From Octopus vulgaris (lineage: Eukaryota), in the NCBI GenBank assembly GCA_951406725.2, contig CATOCA020000001.1:5394001-5458000 (forward strand): 64,000 nt of DNA, in the 5' to 3' direction. The position numbers were made by a program, and so were the translations under genes. Positions 53,128 through 64,000 of the stretch are shown here, one piece after another. The notes beneath the pieces were generated by a model. That model made no database searches, had not been told where the DNA came from, and worked only from the letters and a program-made list of their open reading frames with translations. The first letter of the stretch is position 1; the number at the start of each line of letters is the position of its first letter.

Positions 53128-53280
53128 TAGGCGCAAGGCCCGAAATTTTGGGGGAGGAGTCCAGTTGAATAGATCGACCCCAGTAAGCAACTGGTACTTA
53201 GTTTATCGACCCCGAAAAGGTAAAGGACAAAGTTGACTGCGGCGGAATTTGAACTCAGAACATTAAGACAGACGAAATAT
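53128..53280 (-). mobile_element. Meta-type SINE fragment
   Basis: Reverse complement contains TTCTGAGTTCAAATTCCGCC and TTTTCGGGGTCGATAAACTAAGTACCAG. Confidence 0.75.
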
Positions 53281-53289
53281 ATATATTTC

Positions 53290-53692
53290 GGAGCAGGAGT
53301 GGCTGTGTGGTAAGTAACTTGTTTACCAACCACATGGTTCCGGGTTCAGTCCCACTGCATGGCACCTTGGGCAAGTGTCTTCTACTATAGCCTCGGGCCA
53401 ACCAAAGCCTTGTGAGTGGATTTGGTAGACGGAAACTGAAAGAAGTCCGTCGTATATATGTATATATATGCGTGTGTGTGTTTGTGTATCTGTGTTTGTC
53501 CCCCTAGCATTGCTTGACAACCGATGCTGGTGAGTTTATGTACACGTCAACTAGCGGTTCGGCAAAAGAGACCGATTGAATAAGTACTGGGCTTACAAAA
53601 GAAAAAGTCCCGGGGTCGAGTTGCTCGATTAAAGGCGGTGCTGCAGTATGGCCGCAGTCAAATGACTGAAACAAGTAAAAGAGTAAAAGAGT
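53290..53692 (+). mobile_element. CORE-type SINE, full length
   Basis: A/B boxes, CORE-like segment and GTAAAAGAG tail. Confidence 0.85.
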
Positions 53693-54089
53693 ATATATAT
53701 ATATACTTTTACCCCCTCCCTCTCTCGCTAAACTATATATCCCTCCCCTTCTCTCACCCTCTGTCTCTTTATGTTCCACTTTCTTTTCCTTCTCTCTCAC
53801 TCCTCTCTCTTCTCTCACTTTATCTCTCTCTCCCCATATCTTTCTCTCTCTCTCTAAAGGACACTTTACAGATCAACTACAAAAATATTTCCCCACCCAT
53901 GATTTCATATCCTGCTAGAAAATACAACCAATTACCTTCAAACTTGCATTTACTTTCAATTGAAGGACAGTTTAAGAAGCATGTATTAGAACATTTCCTA
54001 CATGTGATCAATCTTCACGCTAGAAACAGAAACCAAATGACTTCAAATTTTGTTTGTTTTTCATATGAGAATTGAAGGATGTTTCCAAA

Positions 54090-54395
54090 TCATCATCATC
54101 ATCATCATCATCATCGTTTAACGTCCGCTTTCCATGCTAGCATGGGTTGGACGATTTTGACTGAGGGCTGGTGAACAAGATGGCTGCACCAGGCTCCAAT
54201 CTTGATCCGGCAGAGTTTCTACAACTGGATGCCCTTCCTAACGCCAACCACTCCGAGAGTGTAGTAGGTGATTTTTACGTGCCACCGGCACGGGGGCCAG
54301 TCAGGCGGTACTGGCAATGACCTCACGCAAATCTTTTTACACATGCCACCGGCACAGGAGGTCAGTGACGTGACGTTGGTAACGATCACGCTCGA
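54090..54395 (-). mobile_element. RTE-related SINE-like element with (GAT)n tail
   Basis: Minus strand GTTGGCGTTAGGAAGGGCATCCAG...GGACGTTAAAC(GAT)n. Motif recalled from RTE-associated elements. Confidence 0.6.
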
Positions 54396-54459
54396 AAGGT
54401 TTCCAAAGTATTTATAAAAGCAATTGATCTCCAAATGATCTCAAAATATTTAATAAAAA

Positions 54460-54932
54460 CGGTAACTATGCATCCAGGCCTCAAACCCATATCTCCAGAA
54501 AGACATTCAGCACCTAGAACGGGTTCAACACTTAGCCAACGGAATGATCGTGGGCCTGTCTAAGCTTACGGATGAGGAACGTCTCCAACGGCTGGCATTA
54601 CCTTCACTCGAACAACGGAGAATGCGGGGAGAACTCATCCCAGCTTTCAACATCTTCAACGGGAATATAAATCTACCATTTGCGGAGTTTTTCACCCCTG
54701 CGCCGGATAGGGGTTTTCGTGAGCACGATTGGAAACTCTATCCCCGACACTTTCGACTCAACAGGCAAAAGGCTACATTCTCTATCCGTATCGCAGCCCC
54801 GTGGAACAAGCTACCACAAGATGTCATTCAACTGCCCACCACTCCCCTGTTCAAAGAGGCTCTGGACAATTGTGACGACTGTATAAAACAATAACTGCTT
54901 TTCTTTTTTAACATGGCTTAAGCATATTGTGC
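54460..54932 (+). mobile_element. CR1-clade LINE ORF2 C-terminal fragment
   Basis: NPYLQKDIQHLERVQ, then ORF 54544..54894 EERLQRLALPSLEQRRMRGELI...FSIRIAAPWNKLP...FKEALD. Confidence 0.88.
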
Positions 54933-55145
54933 TCTTTTACTCTTTTACTTGTTTCAGTCATTTGACTGTGGCCATGCTGAAGCACCGCCTTCACTAGAGC
55001 AAATCGACCCCGGGAGTTATTCTTTGTAAGCCTAGTACTTATTCTATGAGTATCTATTTCCTAACCGCTAAGTTACGGAGACATAAACACACCAGCATTG
55101 GTTGTCAAGCGATGTTGGGGAGACAAACACAGACACACAAACATA
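54933..55145 (-). mobile_element. CORE-type SINE 3' half
   Basis: CTCTTTTACTCTTTTACTTGTTTCAGTCATTTGACTG is the reverse complement of the SINE tail. Confidence 0.8.
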
Positions 55146-55160
55146 CACACACACACACGC

Positions 55161-55222
<62 letters not shown>

Positions 55223-55675
55223 TTAGAATTCACAAAAAGGACAGACCAAACAATATGAAAAACATTACAAATTTGAAAGTCTTTAATAATGGAAGGCAAA
55301 ATGAAGTGTGCTGCTCTCAGCTACCATCTTAAGCTCCGATAGTGTGGGCGCATTGCCTCTGAAGATGGACAGGTAGAAAGCCTCAGCCAGTGCTGCTGTG
55401 GGGGTGGCGCCAAAAGAGACAGGTCTGAATCGGTTTTCCGTTTATATAGTTTCCATCGCGAGCCTCGTTGTGACCTCGCGCATGGCAAATGGATGCAGGT
55501 GGGGTATCGCTCAGGTCTCGTAGATGGCAATGGCTGCCGCGAGATCTCATCCAATATGGTGCTTGCTGCTTGTGCCGCTACAAGTCGTTGCTTGCTGCTT
55601 CCGGAATGATGCGAGACAATATAGAGGTCAGTTTCTCTAACAAAGGCCGAAATAATTATGCGAAGGAGATAATTA

Positions 55676-55927
55676 TTGGGTTAGGGTGTAATTATTGTCT
55701 TTTTTTTTCCAAAAAATTTATTCAACGAAAACAATAACAATATTTAACAAAAACATCTTTAAATGACGGTCTGACCGTCTGTCAAGCAAATGGCAAGCAG
55801 TAACTGAGGTAGATGGTGAATATGCTCCGGAATAATCATTTAAAGATGGTTTTGTTACATGTTGTTATAATATTTTTATTGAATAAAATTTGTTAAAAAA
55901 AGCTGCAATAATTATGCCCCAACCCAA
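55676..55927. mobile_element. Tc1/mariner-type MITE
   Basis: TA-TTGGGTTAGGGTGTAATTATTG...CAATAATTATGCCCCAACCCAA-TA: about 90-bp imperfect TIRs and a TA TSD. Confidence 0.8.
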
Positions 55928-56313
55928 TAGATTGCGTGAGGGAGAGAGAGGGGGAGAAAGAAAGGAAGGAAAATAGAATTAAAGGAAGAAGAAGAGAAAG
56001 GAAAAGAATGAAATGAAGAAAGAAAGAAGGAGAGAGGAGGGAGGGGAAAACGCGACGTTATTCTGTCATAAAGTATGACATAAGAGTGAAAGAAAAAATG
56101 AGAAAGAGAATGAGAGAAAGAAAGAAATAAAGAAGAGAAAAAAGAATGAAAGAAATAATTAAAGGAAGAAAGAAGGAAATAAATGAAGGAAAGAAGAAAG
56201 GAGGTAAGGAAGGAAGGAAGAAGGAAACAAGGAAAGGGAGGGAGAGGAAAGACAGAAAGTAAATAATGAAGTAAGAATTAAAGGAAGAGAGAAAGAAATA
56301 AGGAAAGAAACTT

Positions 56314-57050
56314 AGGAGCGGCTGTGTGGTAAGTAGCTTGCTAACGAACCACATGGTTCTGGGTTCAGTCCCACTGCGTGGCACCTTGGGCAAGTGTCTT
56401 CTACTATAGCCTCGGGCCAACCGAAGCCTTGTGAGTGGATTTGGTAGACGGAAACTGAAAGAAGCCCGTTGCATATATGTATATATATATGTATGTGAGT
56501 GTATATGTTTGTTTGTGTTTGTCCCCCCTCCAACATCGCTTGACAACCGATGCTGGTGTGTTTACGTCCCCGTAACTTAGCGGTTCGGAAAAAGAGAACG
56601 AAAGAATGAGTACTAGGCTTACAAACAATAAGTCCTGGGGTCGATTTGCTCGACTAAAGACGGTGCTCCAGTATGGCCACAGAATAAAAGTAAAAGTAAA
56701 AGAGGGGGCGCAGGAGTGGCTGTGTGGTAAGTAGCTTGCTTACCAACCACATGGTTACGGGTTCAGTCCTACTGCGTGGCACCTTGGGCAAGTGTCTTCT
56801 ACTATAGCCTCGGGCCGACCAATGCTTTGAGAGTGGATTTGGTAGACGGAAACTGAAAGAAGCCCGTTGCATATATGTATATATATATGTATGTGAGTGT
56901 ATATGTTTGTTTGTGTTTGTCCCCGTAACTTAGCGGTTCGGAAAAAGAGAAAGAAAGAATAAGTACTAGGCTTACAAAGAATAAGTCCTGGGGTCGATTT
57001 GCTCGACTAAAGACGGTGCTCCAGCATGGCCACAGAATAAAAGTAAAAGA
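56314..57050 (+). mobile_element. Tandem dimer of CORE-type SINE
   Basis: Two copies (56314-56703, 56707-57050) share private variants and a shortened tail GGCCACAGAATAAAAGTAAAAG. Confidence 0.85.
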
Positions 57051-57369
57051 GGGGGGGCAGTATGAGTAGAGAGACAAAGAGAAAAAAGTGTTAATATATA
57101 ATGAGGTAATAAAGAGAGAGGGGAGGGAGAAGAAGAAAGAAAGGAAGGGAGAAAGAGAGACAGACAGACAGAGGGAGAGAGGGAGAGGGAGAGACAGACA
57201 GACAGACTTGCATATGAAGGGACAGGGAGAGACTGAGATAGAGAAATTGAGGGTAAGGGTGAGGTAAGAGATAAAGCAAGGGAGGCGGAGTGGTTAAAAA
57301 AGATATATTATGAGGGGCTGAGAGACAAAGAGGGATGTGTCGATTGTTGTGTGTTGTAGGAGGGAGGGA

Positions 57370-57406
<37 letters not shown>

Positions 57407-57704
57407 CGAGAGGGTATAAGGTAAGAGAATAGATGAGGCGGAATGATATAGTAATACATATGAGTGGGGGAGAGAGATAGAGAGAGCATGAGGTAGGAGG
57501 GAGATTAAGAAAAGCGGAATGACGTAGCAATATACAGATCGAGAGGGAGAGAAAGCAAGAAAGGGGGAGCATACAGTAATATATAATGAGGTGGGAGGGG
57601 GAGAGAGAGAAAGCAAGAAAGGGGGAGCATACAGTAATATATAATGAGGTGAGACAAGGTGAGAGAGCAGTGGGAGGGGAGAGAGAATGTAGGTGAATTT
57701 TTGC

Positions 57705-58048
57705 GTGTGTGCAAGTGTATGCGTAAGTGTGTATATCTATGTATACGCTTATATATTGGTGCGCATGCATGTATGTACGCACACCCCTGTTAAATGAAAG
57801 AATAGCCTCCTGTCTTATTCTCCCGTAAAGCTTTCCGGCTTTTCAAAGAAAATATATTCAACACAATCAACTATTCATAGTGTGGGAAAGTTTGTTTCAA
57901 GCCGGGCGAACCTAATACAATAAAAGAATGCGTCTAAATGTGCAGCAGACGGTGTTCACATGTTGATGCATGTGCGCAGACGAAACTGCTTGGTTCGAAG
58001 CGAGAGAATATCGAATAAATAAAAGAATAAATTAGAATGAACTAGAAA
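57705..58048 (+). repeat. 344-bp direct repeat, copy 1 (copy 2 at 63001-63344)
   Basis: 4 differences seen over 344 bp. Confidence 0.95.
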
Positions 58049-58172
58049 GGCACCCAAAGAGCGCAGACCTCCGCCAAGCAACCCATTTCCACCCATATAC
58101 ACGAATGCCCCAAAAATAGCCAATTTCTCAAACAAACATCAGCAGAAATATAACCTCCTTGGCGAGGGTAAA
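58040..58172. mobile_element. Short Helentron-associated (HINE-like) element; decayed copy at 63336-63438
   Basis: AACTAGAAAGGCACCCAAAGAGCGCAGACCTCCGCCAAG...ATAACCTCCTTGGCGAGGGTAA: subterminal inverted repeats plus a terminal hairpin. Confidence 0.55.
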
Positions 58173-58481
58173 AAAAGATAACACGGCCATATAATTAAAA
58201 AAAAACCCTTTCAAAACAGGAATCATTTGAAGCAATTAAATACATCACCACCACCACCACCACCACCACAAATATCCTACCACTAACACCACCACTACGA
58301 CTACAAACATTATCATCAGCATTATCATTGCTTCCACTTCGACCACATACACCACCATAGCTTTTCACCATTTCGGGGTCGATAAATTAAGTACCAGTTA
58401 CGCACTGGTGTCGATATAATCTACTTAATCCGTTTGTCTGTCCTTGTTTATCCTCTCTGTGTTTAGCCCCTTGTGGGTAGT

Positions 58482-60871
58482 TTGGCATCCTTTCTGTCTC
58501 GGGAGACAATGGAGTTGCGCATTTTTTTTTTTTTTCCTAGGTCTAGTCCGGCTGTTATATTTTATTTCCCGTTACATTTCTTGCTGTGGCTGTGTAGTCC
58601 TATCCTGGACAAACACTCCCTCTGGCAGGTACTGCAAATGTAGCGAAGACTGTTCCTGGCTGATTGTAGTGCCATGGTCTCTTGTTTATGTCTCTTCCTT
58701 TCTTTCCATTTCTCCTCTCTCTTTTTGTCACTCCTCTGTATACCCTCTTTTACTGTACGTCACCATTCTCCACGGTTGCCGGCGACTGCCTCCCAACCGC
58801 TAATGTTGATGTTGCAGGCCTTCATATCCCTTTTGCAAACATCCTTGTAACGTAAGATCGGTCTACCCACAGACCTAGTACCCCTAGCAAGCTCTCCGTA
58901 GAGTATGTCCTTGGGGATTCTGCCATCTTTCATACGGCTAGCATGCCCAAGCCATCTCATACGTCTTTGTGTGAGGAGTGCAAACATGCTTGGTATTCCT
59001 GCTTGCCTGAGGACATCTTTGTTGGGGATATGATTCTGCCATTTGATGTGGAGGATTTTTCGGAGGCAGCGCAGGTGAAAGATGTTTAGGCGACGCTCTT
59101 GGCGTGTGTATAGCGTCCAGGTCTCGCTTCCATACAGTAGAGTGCTGAGTACACATGCCTCGTAGATCTTCATTTTTGTGGTCTTGGTCAGCTTATTGTT
59201 GTCCCAAGCCCGTTTGGAGAGTTGGGCCATCGCAGCAGCTGCCTTTCCAATGCGTATATTGAGCTCAGCGTCAAGGGATAGGTTGTAGGTGACGGTAGAG
59301 CCTAGATAGGTAAACTTCTCCACCTCTTGTAATCTGTGGTCTCCAATATGTATGTTTGGGATGTCCGATGTAGCCTGGCCCATGATGTTGGTCTTCGTAA
59401 GGCTGATAGCTAAGCCAAAGTCGTTACATGCTTGCTCAAAACAGTTAATGAGCCTTTGGAGGGCTTCTTCTGTGTGTGTTACCAGAGCGGCATCATCAGC
59501 AAATAGCATCTCCTTGATCAGGACGTTTCTGATTTTAGTCTTGGCACACAGGCGCGAGAGATTGAACAGTTTCCCGTCACTTCTACTGTGCAGAAACACT
59601 CCATCATCTGATGTCTGAAAGGCATGTGACAGCAAGAGTGAGAAGAAGATGCCAAACAATGTAGGAGCGAGGACACAGCCCTGCTTTACCCCGTTTTTTA
59701 TTTGGAAGGCGGCTGATGTTGAACCGTTGTGCTGTATGGTGCCTTGCATGTCATCATGGAAAGACTTGATGATCCTCAGCAGCTTTGGTGGACATCCGAT
59801 TTTTGGAGCAGGATTAAGAGGCCTGTTCTGCTTAGCGAGTCAAAAGCCTTTGTTAGATCAATGAAGGCCATATATAATGGCATTTTCTGCTCTCTGGACT
59901 TCTCCTGAAGTTGGCGTATGGAGAATATCATATCGATAGTTGATCTGCTTCTTCTAAAGACACACTGCGATTCCGGATAGATTCGAGAAGCAAGTAGTTG
60001 TAGCCTGGCCAGGATAACGCGGGCAAAGGTCTTTCCAACAGTGCTTAGAAGGGATATACCACGGTAATTGTTACAATCACCACGGTCACCTTTGTTTTTG
60101 TAGAGCGTAATGATGTTGGCATCCCGCATATCCTGAGGGACTGTACCCTCTTCCCAGCACTGACACAGAAGCTCATGAAGGTGCCGAAGCAGGATGGTGT
60201 TTTTGCCGGCGTTGATGATATCTGAGGGGATGCCGTCTTTTCCCGGAGCCTTATTTCTTGCTAGGGAGTCAACAGCCTTGGTGAGCTCTGCTATAGATGG
60301 CGGACTGTCAAGTTCGCACATGACTGGCAAGATCTTGACACTCTCGACTGCAGCCTCAGCCACTGTGGTCTCCCGTGAGTAGAGATCCTGGTAGTGCTCC
60401 ACCCATCTATCCATTTGCTTGCCTTGATCCCTGATGAGATCTCCAGTAGTTGATTTCAGAGGGGCTGACTTGGTTGCGGATGGACCGAGGGCCTTCTTCA
60501 AACCGGCATACATCCCACAGGTGTCGCCCCTGTCAGCAGCTGACTGGATACTCTGACAGATTTCCTGCCAATACCTATTTGCACAGCATCTGGCTGTCAG
60601 TTGGGTTTTATTTCGTGCCTTTCTGAGTTCTTCGAGTGACTTTGTAGAAGAGTCACTCTTGTATTGCACCAGAGCTGCACGCTTTGCTTCGATAACTGGC
60701 TCCAGCTCTAAGAGCCCAGCATTGAACCAATCTGGGTTTTGCCTTTCTCTCATGCCGAAAGTATCCAATGATGTCGTATACAAGGCTTCCCTGATATAGT
60801 CCCACCTACTTTCAGCAGAGGAGGTTGGGCAGCTACTGAGGGCAACCTTGATAGAAGCAGCAAAACATTGC
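58482..60871 (-). mobile_element. 5'-truncated RTE-clade (BovB-like) LINE with 8-bp TSD
   Basis: TSD TGGGTAGT at 58474-58481 and 60872-60879. The 3' end is CCATTGTCTCCCGAGACAGAAAGGATGCCAA. Confidence 0.93.
58562..60871 (-). pseudogene. RTE reverse transcriptase ORF (one frameshift near 59790, one premature TGA at 58760)
   Basis: KAPGKDGIP, NYRGISLLS, AFIDLTKAFDS, GVKQGCVLAPTLF, LFADDAAL, FTYLGS, LLYGSETW, WLGH. Readthrough past 58760 gives YICSTCQRECLSRIGLHSHSKKC (zinc finger). No endonuclease domain. Confidence 0.93.
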
Positions 60872-62983
60872 TGGGTAGTAAAGAAATAGGTATTCCGCCT
60901 GCTGTTACGTTCTGAGTTCAAAAATACACCGAGGTCGACATTGCCTTTTATTCTTTCGGAGTCGATAAATTAAGTACCAGTTACGCACTGGCGTCGATAT
61001 AATCGACTTAATCCGTTTGTCTGTCCTTGTTTATCCTCTCTGTGTTTAGCCCCTTGTGGGTAGTAAAGAAATAGGTATTCCGCCTGCTGTTAAGTTCTGA
61101 GTTCAGAAATAAACCGAGGACGACATTGCCTTTTATTCTTTCGGAGTCGATAAATTAAGTACCAGTTACGCACTGGCGTCGATATAATCGACTTAATCCG
61201 TTTGTCTGTCCTTGTTTATCCTCTCTGTGTTTAGCCCCTTGTGGGTAGTAAAGAAATAGGTATTCCGCCTGCTGTTACGTTCTGAGTTCAAAAATACACC
61301 GAGGTCGACATTGCCTTTTATTCTTTCGGAGTCGATAAATTAAGTACCAGTTACGCACTGGCGTCGATATAATCGACTTAATCCGTTTGTCTGTCCTTGT
61401 TTATCCTCTCTGTGTTTAGCCCCTTGTGGGTAGTAAAGAAATAGGTATTCCGCCTGCTGTTACGTTCTGAGTTCAAAAATACACCGAGGTCGACATTGCC
61501 TTTTATTCTTTCGGAGTCGATAAATTAAGTACCAGTTACGCACTGGCGTCGATATAATCGACTTAATCCGTTTGTCTGTCCTTGTTTATCCTCTCTGTGT
61601 TTAGCCCCTTGTGGGTAGTAAAGAAATAGGTATTCCGCCTGCTGTTACGTTCTGAGTTCAGAAATACACCGAGGACGACATTGCCTTTTATTCTTTCGGA
61701 GTCGATAAATTAAGTACCAGTTACGCACTGGCGTCGATATAATCGACTTAATCCGTTTGTCTGTCCTTGTTTATCCTCTCTGTGTTTAGCCCCTTGTGGG
61801 TAGTAAAGAAATAGGTATTCCGCCTGCTGTTACGTTCTGAGTTCAAAAATACACCGAGGTCGACATTGCCTTTTATTCTTTCGGAGTCGATAAATTAAGT
61901 ACCAGTTACGCACTGGCGTCGATATAATCGACTTAATCCGTTTGTCTGTCCTTGTTTATCCTCTCTGTGTTTAGCCCCTTGTGGGTAGTAAAGAAATAGG
62001 TATTCCGCCTGCTGTTAAGTTCTGTGTTCAGAAATACACCGAGGATGACATTGCCTTTTATTCTTTCGGAGTCGATAAATTAAGTACCAGTTACGCACTG
62101 GCGTCGATATAATCGACTTAATCCGTTTGTCTGTCCTTGTTTATCCTCTCTGTGTTTAGCCCCTTGTGGGTAGTAAAGAAATAGGTATTCCGCCTGCTGT
62201 TACGTTCTGAGTTCAAAAATACACCGAGGTCGACATTGCCTTTTATTCTTTCGGAGTCGATAAATTAAGTACCAGTTACGCACTGGTTTCGATATAATCT
62301 ACTTAATCCGTTTGTCTGTCCTTGTTTATCCTCTCTGTGTTTAGCCCCTTGTGGGTAGTAAAGAAATAGGTATTCCGCCTGCTGTTACGTTCTGAGTTCA
62401 AAAATACACCGAGGTCGACATTGCCTTTTATTCTTTCGGAGTCGATTGAATAAGTACCAGTTACGCACTGGTTTCGATATAATCTACTTAATCCGTTTGT
62501 CTGTCCTTGTTTATCCTCTCTGTGTTTAGCCCCTTGTGGGTAGTAAAGAAATAGGTATTCCGCCTGCTGTTACGTTCTGAGTTCAAAAATACACCGAGGT
62601 CGACATTGCCTTTTATTCTTTCGGAGTCGATTGAATAAGTACCAGTTACGCACTGGTTTCGATATAATCTACTTAATCCGTTTGTCTATCTTTATTTGTC
62701 CTCTCTTCGTTTAGCCCCTTGTGGGTAGAAAGAAATAGGTATTCCGTCTGCTGTTACGTTCTGAGTTCCAATTCTGCCGAGTTCGACTTTGCCTTTTATA
62801 ATTTCGGGGTCGATAAATTAAGTACCAGTTACGCACTGGGGTCGATGTAATCCACTTAATCCGTTTGTCTGTCTTTATTTGTCCCCTCTGTGTTTAGCTC
62901 CTTGTGGGTAGTAAAGAAATAGGTATTCCGTCTGCTGTTACCTTCTGAGTTCAAATTCCGCCGGAGTCGACTTTGCCTTTTAT
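60872..62983 (+). repeat. Tandem array of 185-bp headless Meta-type SINE units (about 11.4 units; a further partial unit at 58360-58481)
   Basis: GGGTAGTAAAG recurs at 60873, 61058, 61243, 61428 and onward. Unit = B box + Meta-like domain + tail. Confidence 0.95.
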
Positions 62984-63568
62984 CTGAGTGACATCTCCGT
63001 GTGTGTGCAAGTGTATGTGTAAGTGTGTATATCTATGTATACGCTTATATATTGGTGCGCATGCATGTATGTACGCACACCCCTGTTAAATGAAAGAATA
63101 GCCTCATGTCTTATTCTCTCGCAAAGCTTTCCGGCTTTTCAAAGAAAATATATTCAACACAATCAACTATTCATAGTGTGGGAAAGTTTGTTTCAAGCCG
63201 GGCGAACCTAATACAATAAAAGAATGCGTCTAAATGTGCAGCAGACGGTGTTCACATGTTGATGCATGTGCGCAGACGAAACTGCTTGGTTCGAAGCGAG
63301 AGAATATCGAATAAATAAAAGAATAAATTAGAATGAACTAGAAAACCTTCGCCAAGTAGCTTATTTCCACCCATTAGCATGAATGCCTAAAATCGCCCAA
63401 TTTCTCAGACAAGCATATAACCTCCTTGGCGGGGGTAAAAAAAAAATTAATACAGTCATATGATTAAAAAAAAAATCCTTTAAAAACAGGAATCATCTGA
63501 ATCAGTTTTTATACATCAATGATAAGAGGAAACTAGTTTAACCATACAACTTGATTTTTTAAAAAACT

Positions 63569-63882
63569 TTTTTACTTGTTTGAGGCATTTGGCTGCGGCC
63601 ATGCTAGAGCACCGCCTTAAACAAGCAAATCACCCCAGGACATATTCTTTGTAAGAATAGTACTTATTCTATCGGTCACATTTGCTGAACCGCTAGGTTA
63701 TGAGGACGTAAACACACCAGCATCTGTTGTCAAGCGATGTTAGGGGGAACAAACACAGACAAGGCTTTGGTCGGCCTGAGGTTATAGCAGAAGACACTTG
63801 CCCAATGTGCCACGCGGTGGGACTGAACCCGGAACCATGTGGTTGGTAAGCAAGCTACTTACCACACAGCCACTCCTGCGCC
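63569..63882 (-). mobile_element. CORE-type SINE with internal deletion
   Basis: Reverse complement starts GGCGCAGGAGTGGCTGTGTGGTAAG. Confidence 0.85.
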
Positions 63883-64000
63883 TAAAAAGAAACAACAATT
63901 ACCTAAAAGTTGAGTGATACACACACAGCCACCTGCACCACCACCATATCACATTCACCACCACCAGCCACCACCACCACCACAACTATCCTACCACTAT

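Noticed and set aside
57942-58000. Possible hammerhead in the 344-bp repeat (hairpin followed by GACGAAAC)
   Set aside because: No CUGANGA at the right position (CAGACGG instead) and no stem I pairing.
59776-60921. N-terminus MNSERNSRRNTYFFTT of the 381-aa ORF as a real start
   Set aside because: It is read-through into the SINE array beyond the TSD; the LINE is 5'-truncated at 60871.
60872-62983. Array next to a reverse transcriptase (CRISPR-RT, retron or DGR-like system)
   Set aside because: The units are SINE-derived and spacerless. The RT is a eukaryotic RTE LINE that inserted into the array with a TSD.

Overview
Repeat-saturated, AT-rich eukaryotic DNA. The SINE families and microsatellite load point to a coleoid cephalopod, probably Octopus (inference from recognised families, no search run). 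No intact host protein-coding gene, rRNA, true tRNA or CRISPR array is supported, and most ORFs in the track are microsatellite artefacts. Positions 1-38.2 kb are a rearranged tandem segmental duplication with a period of about 10 kb (anchor AAGGTGCGCCTAATG at 1, 9439, 20261, 29424). It is built from Tx1/L1-clade LINE fragments, Penelope-like (PLE) GIY-YIG remnants, tRNA-derived CORE- and Meta-type SINEs and microsatellites. Positions 38-64 kb hold SINEs, MITEs, a non-autonomous Helitron, CR1 fragments, a 5'-truncated RTE LINE with an 8-bp TSD, and three tandem arrays (121 bp from a CR1 3' end, about 120 bp CT-rich, 185 bp from a SINE). Most notable: an apparently intact minimal hammerhead ribozyme (two copies) plus several decayed ones; fold-back elements built around hammerhead cores; a 3' tail shared between the Meta-type SINE and a Tx1 LINE embedded in (GATA)n; and readable rearrangement junctions. 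All alignments were done by eye, so boundaries are approximate unless tied to a quoted motif.
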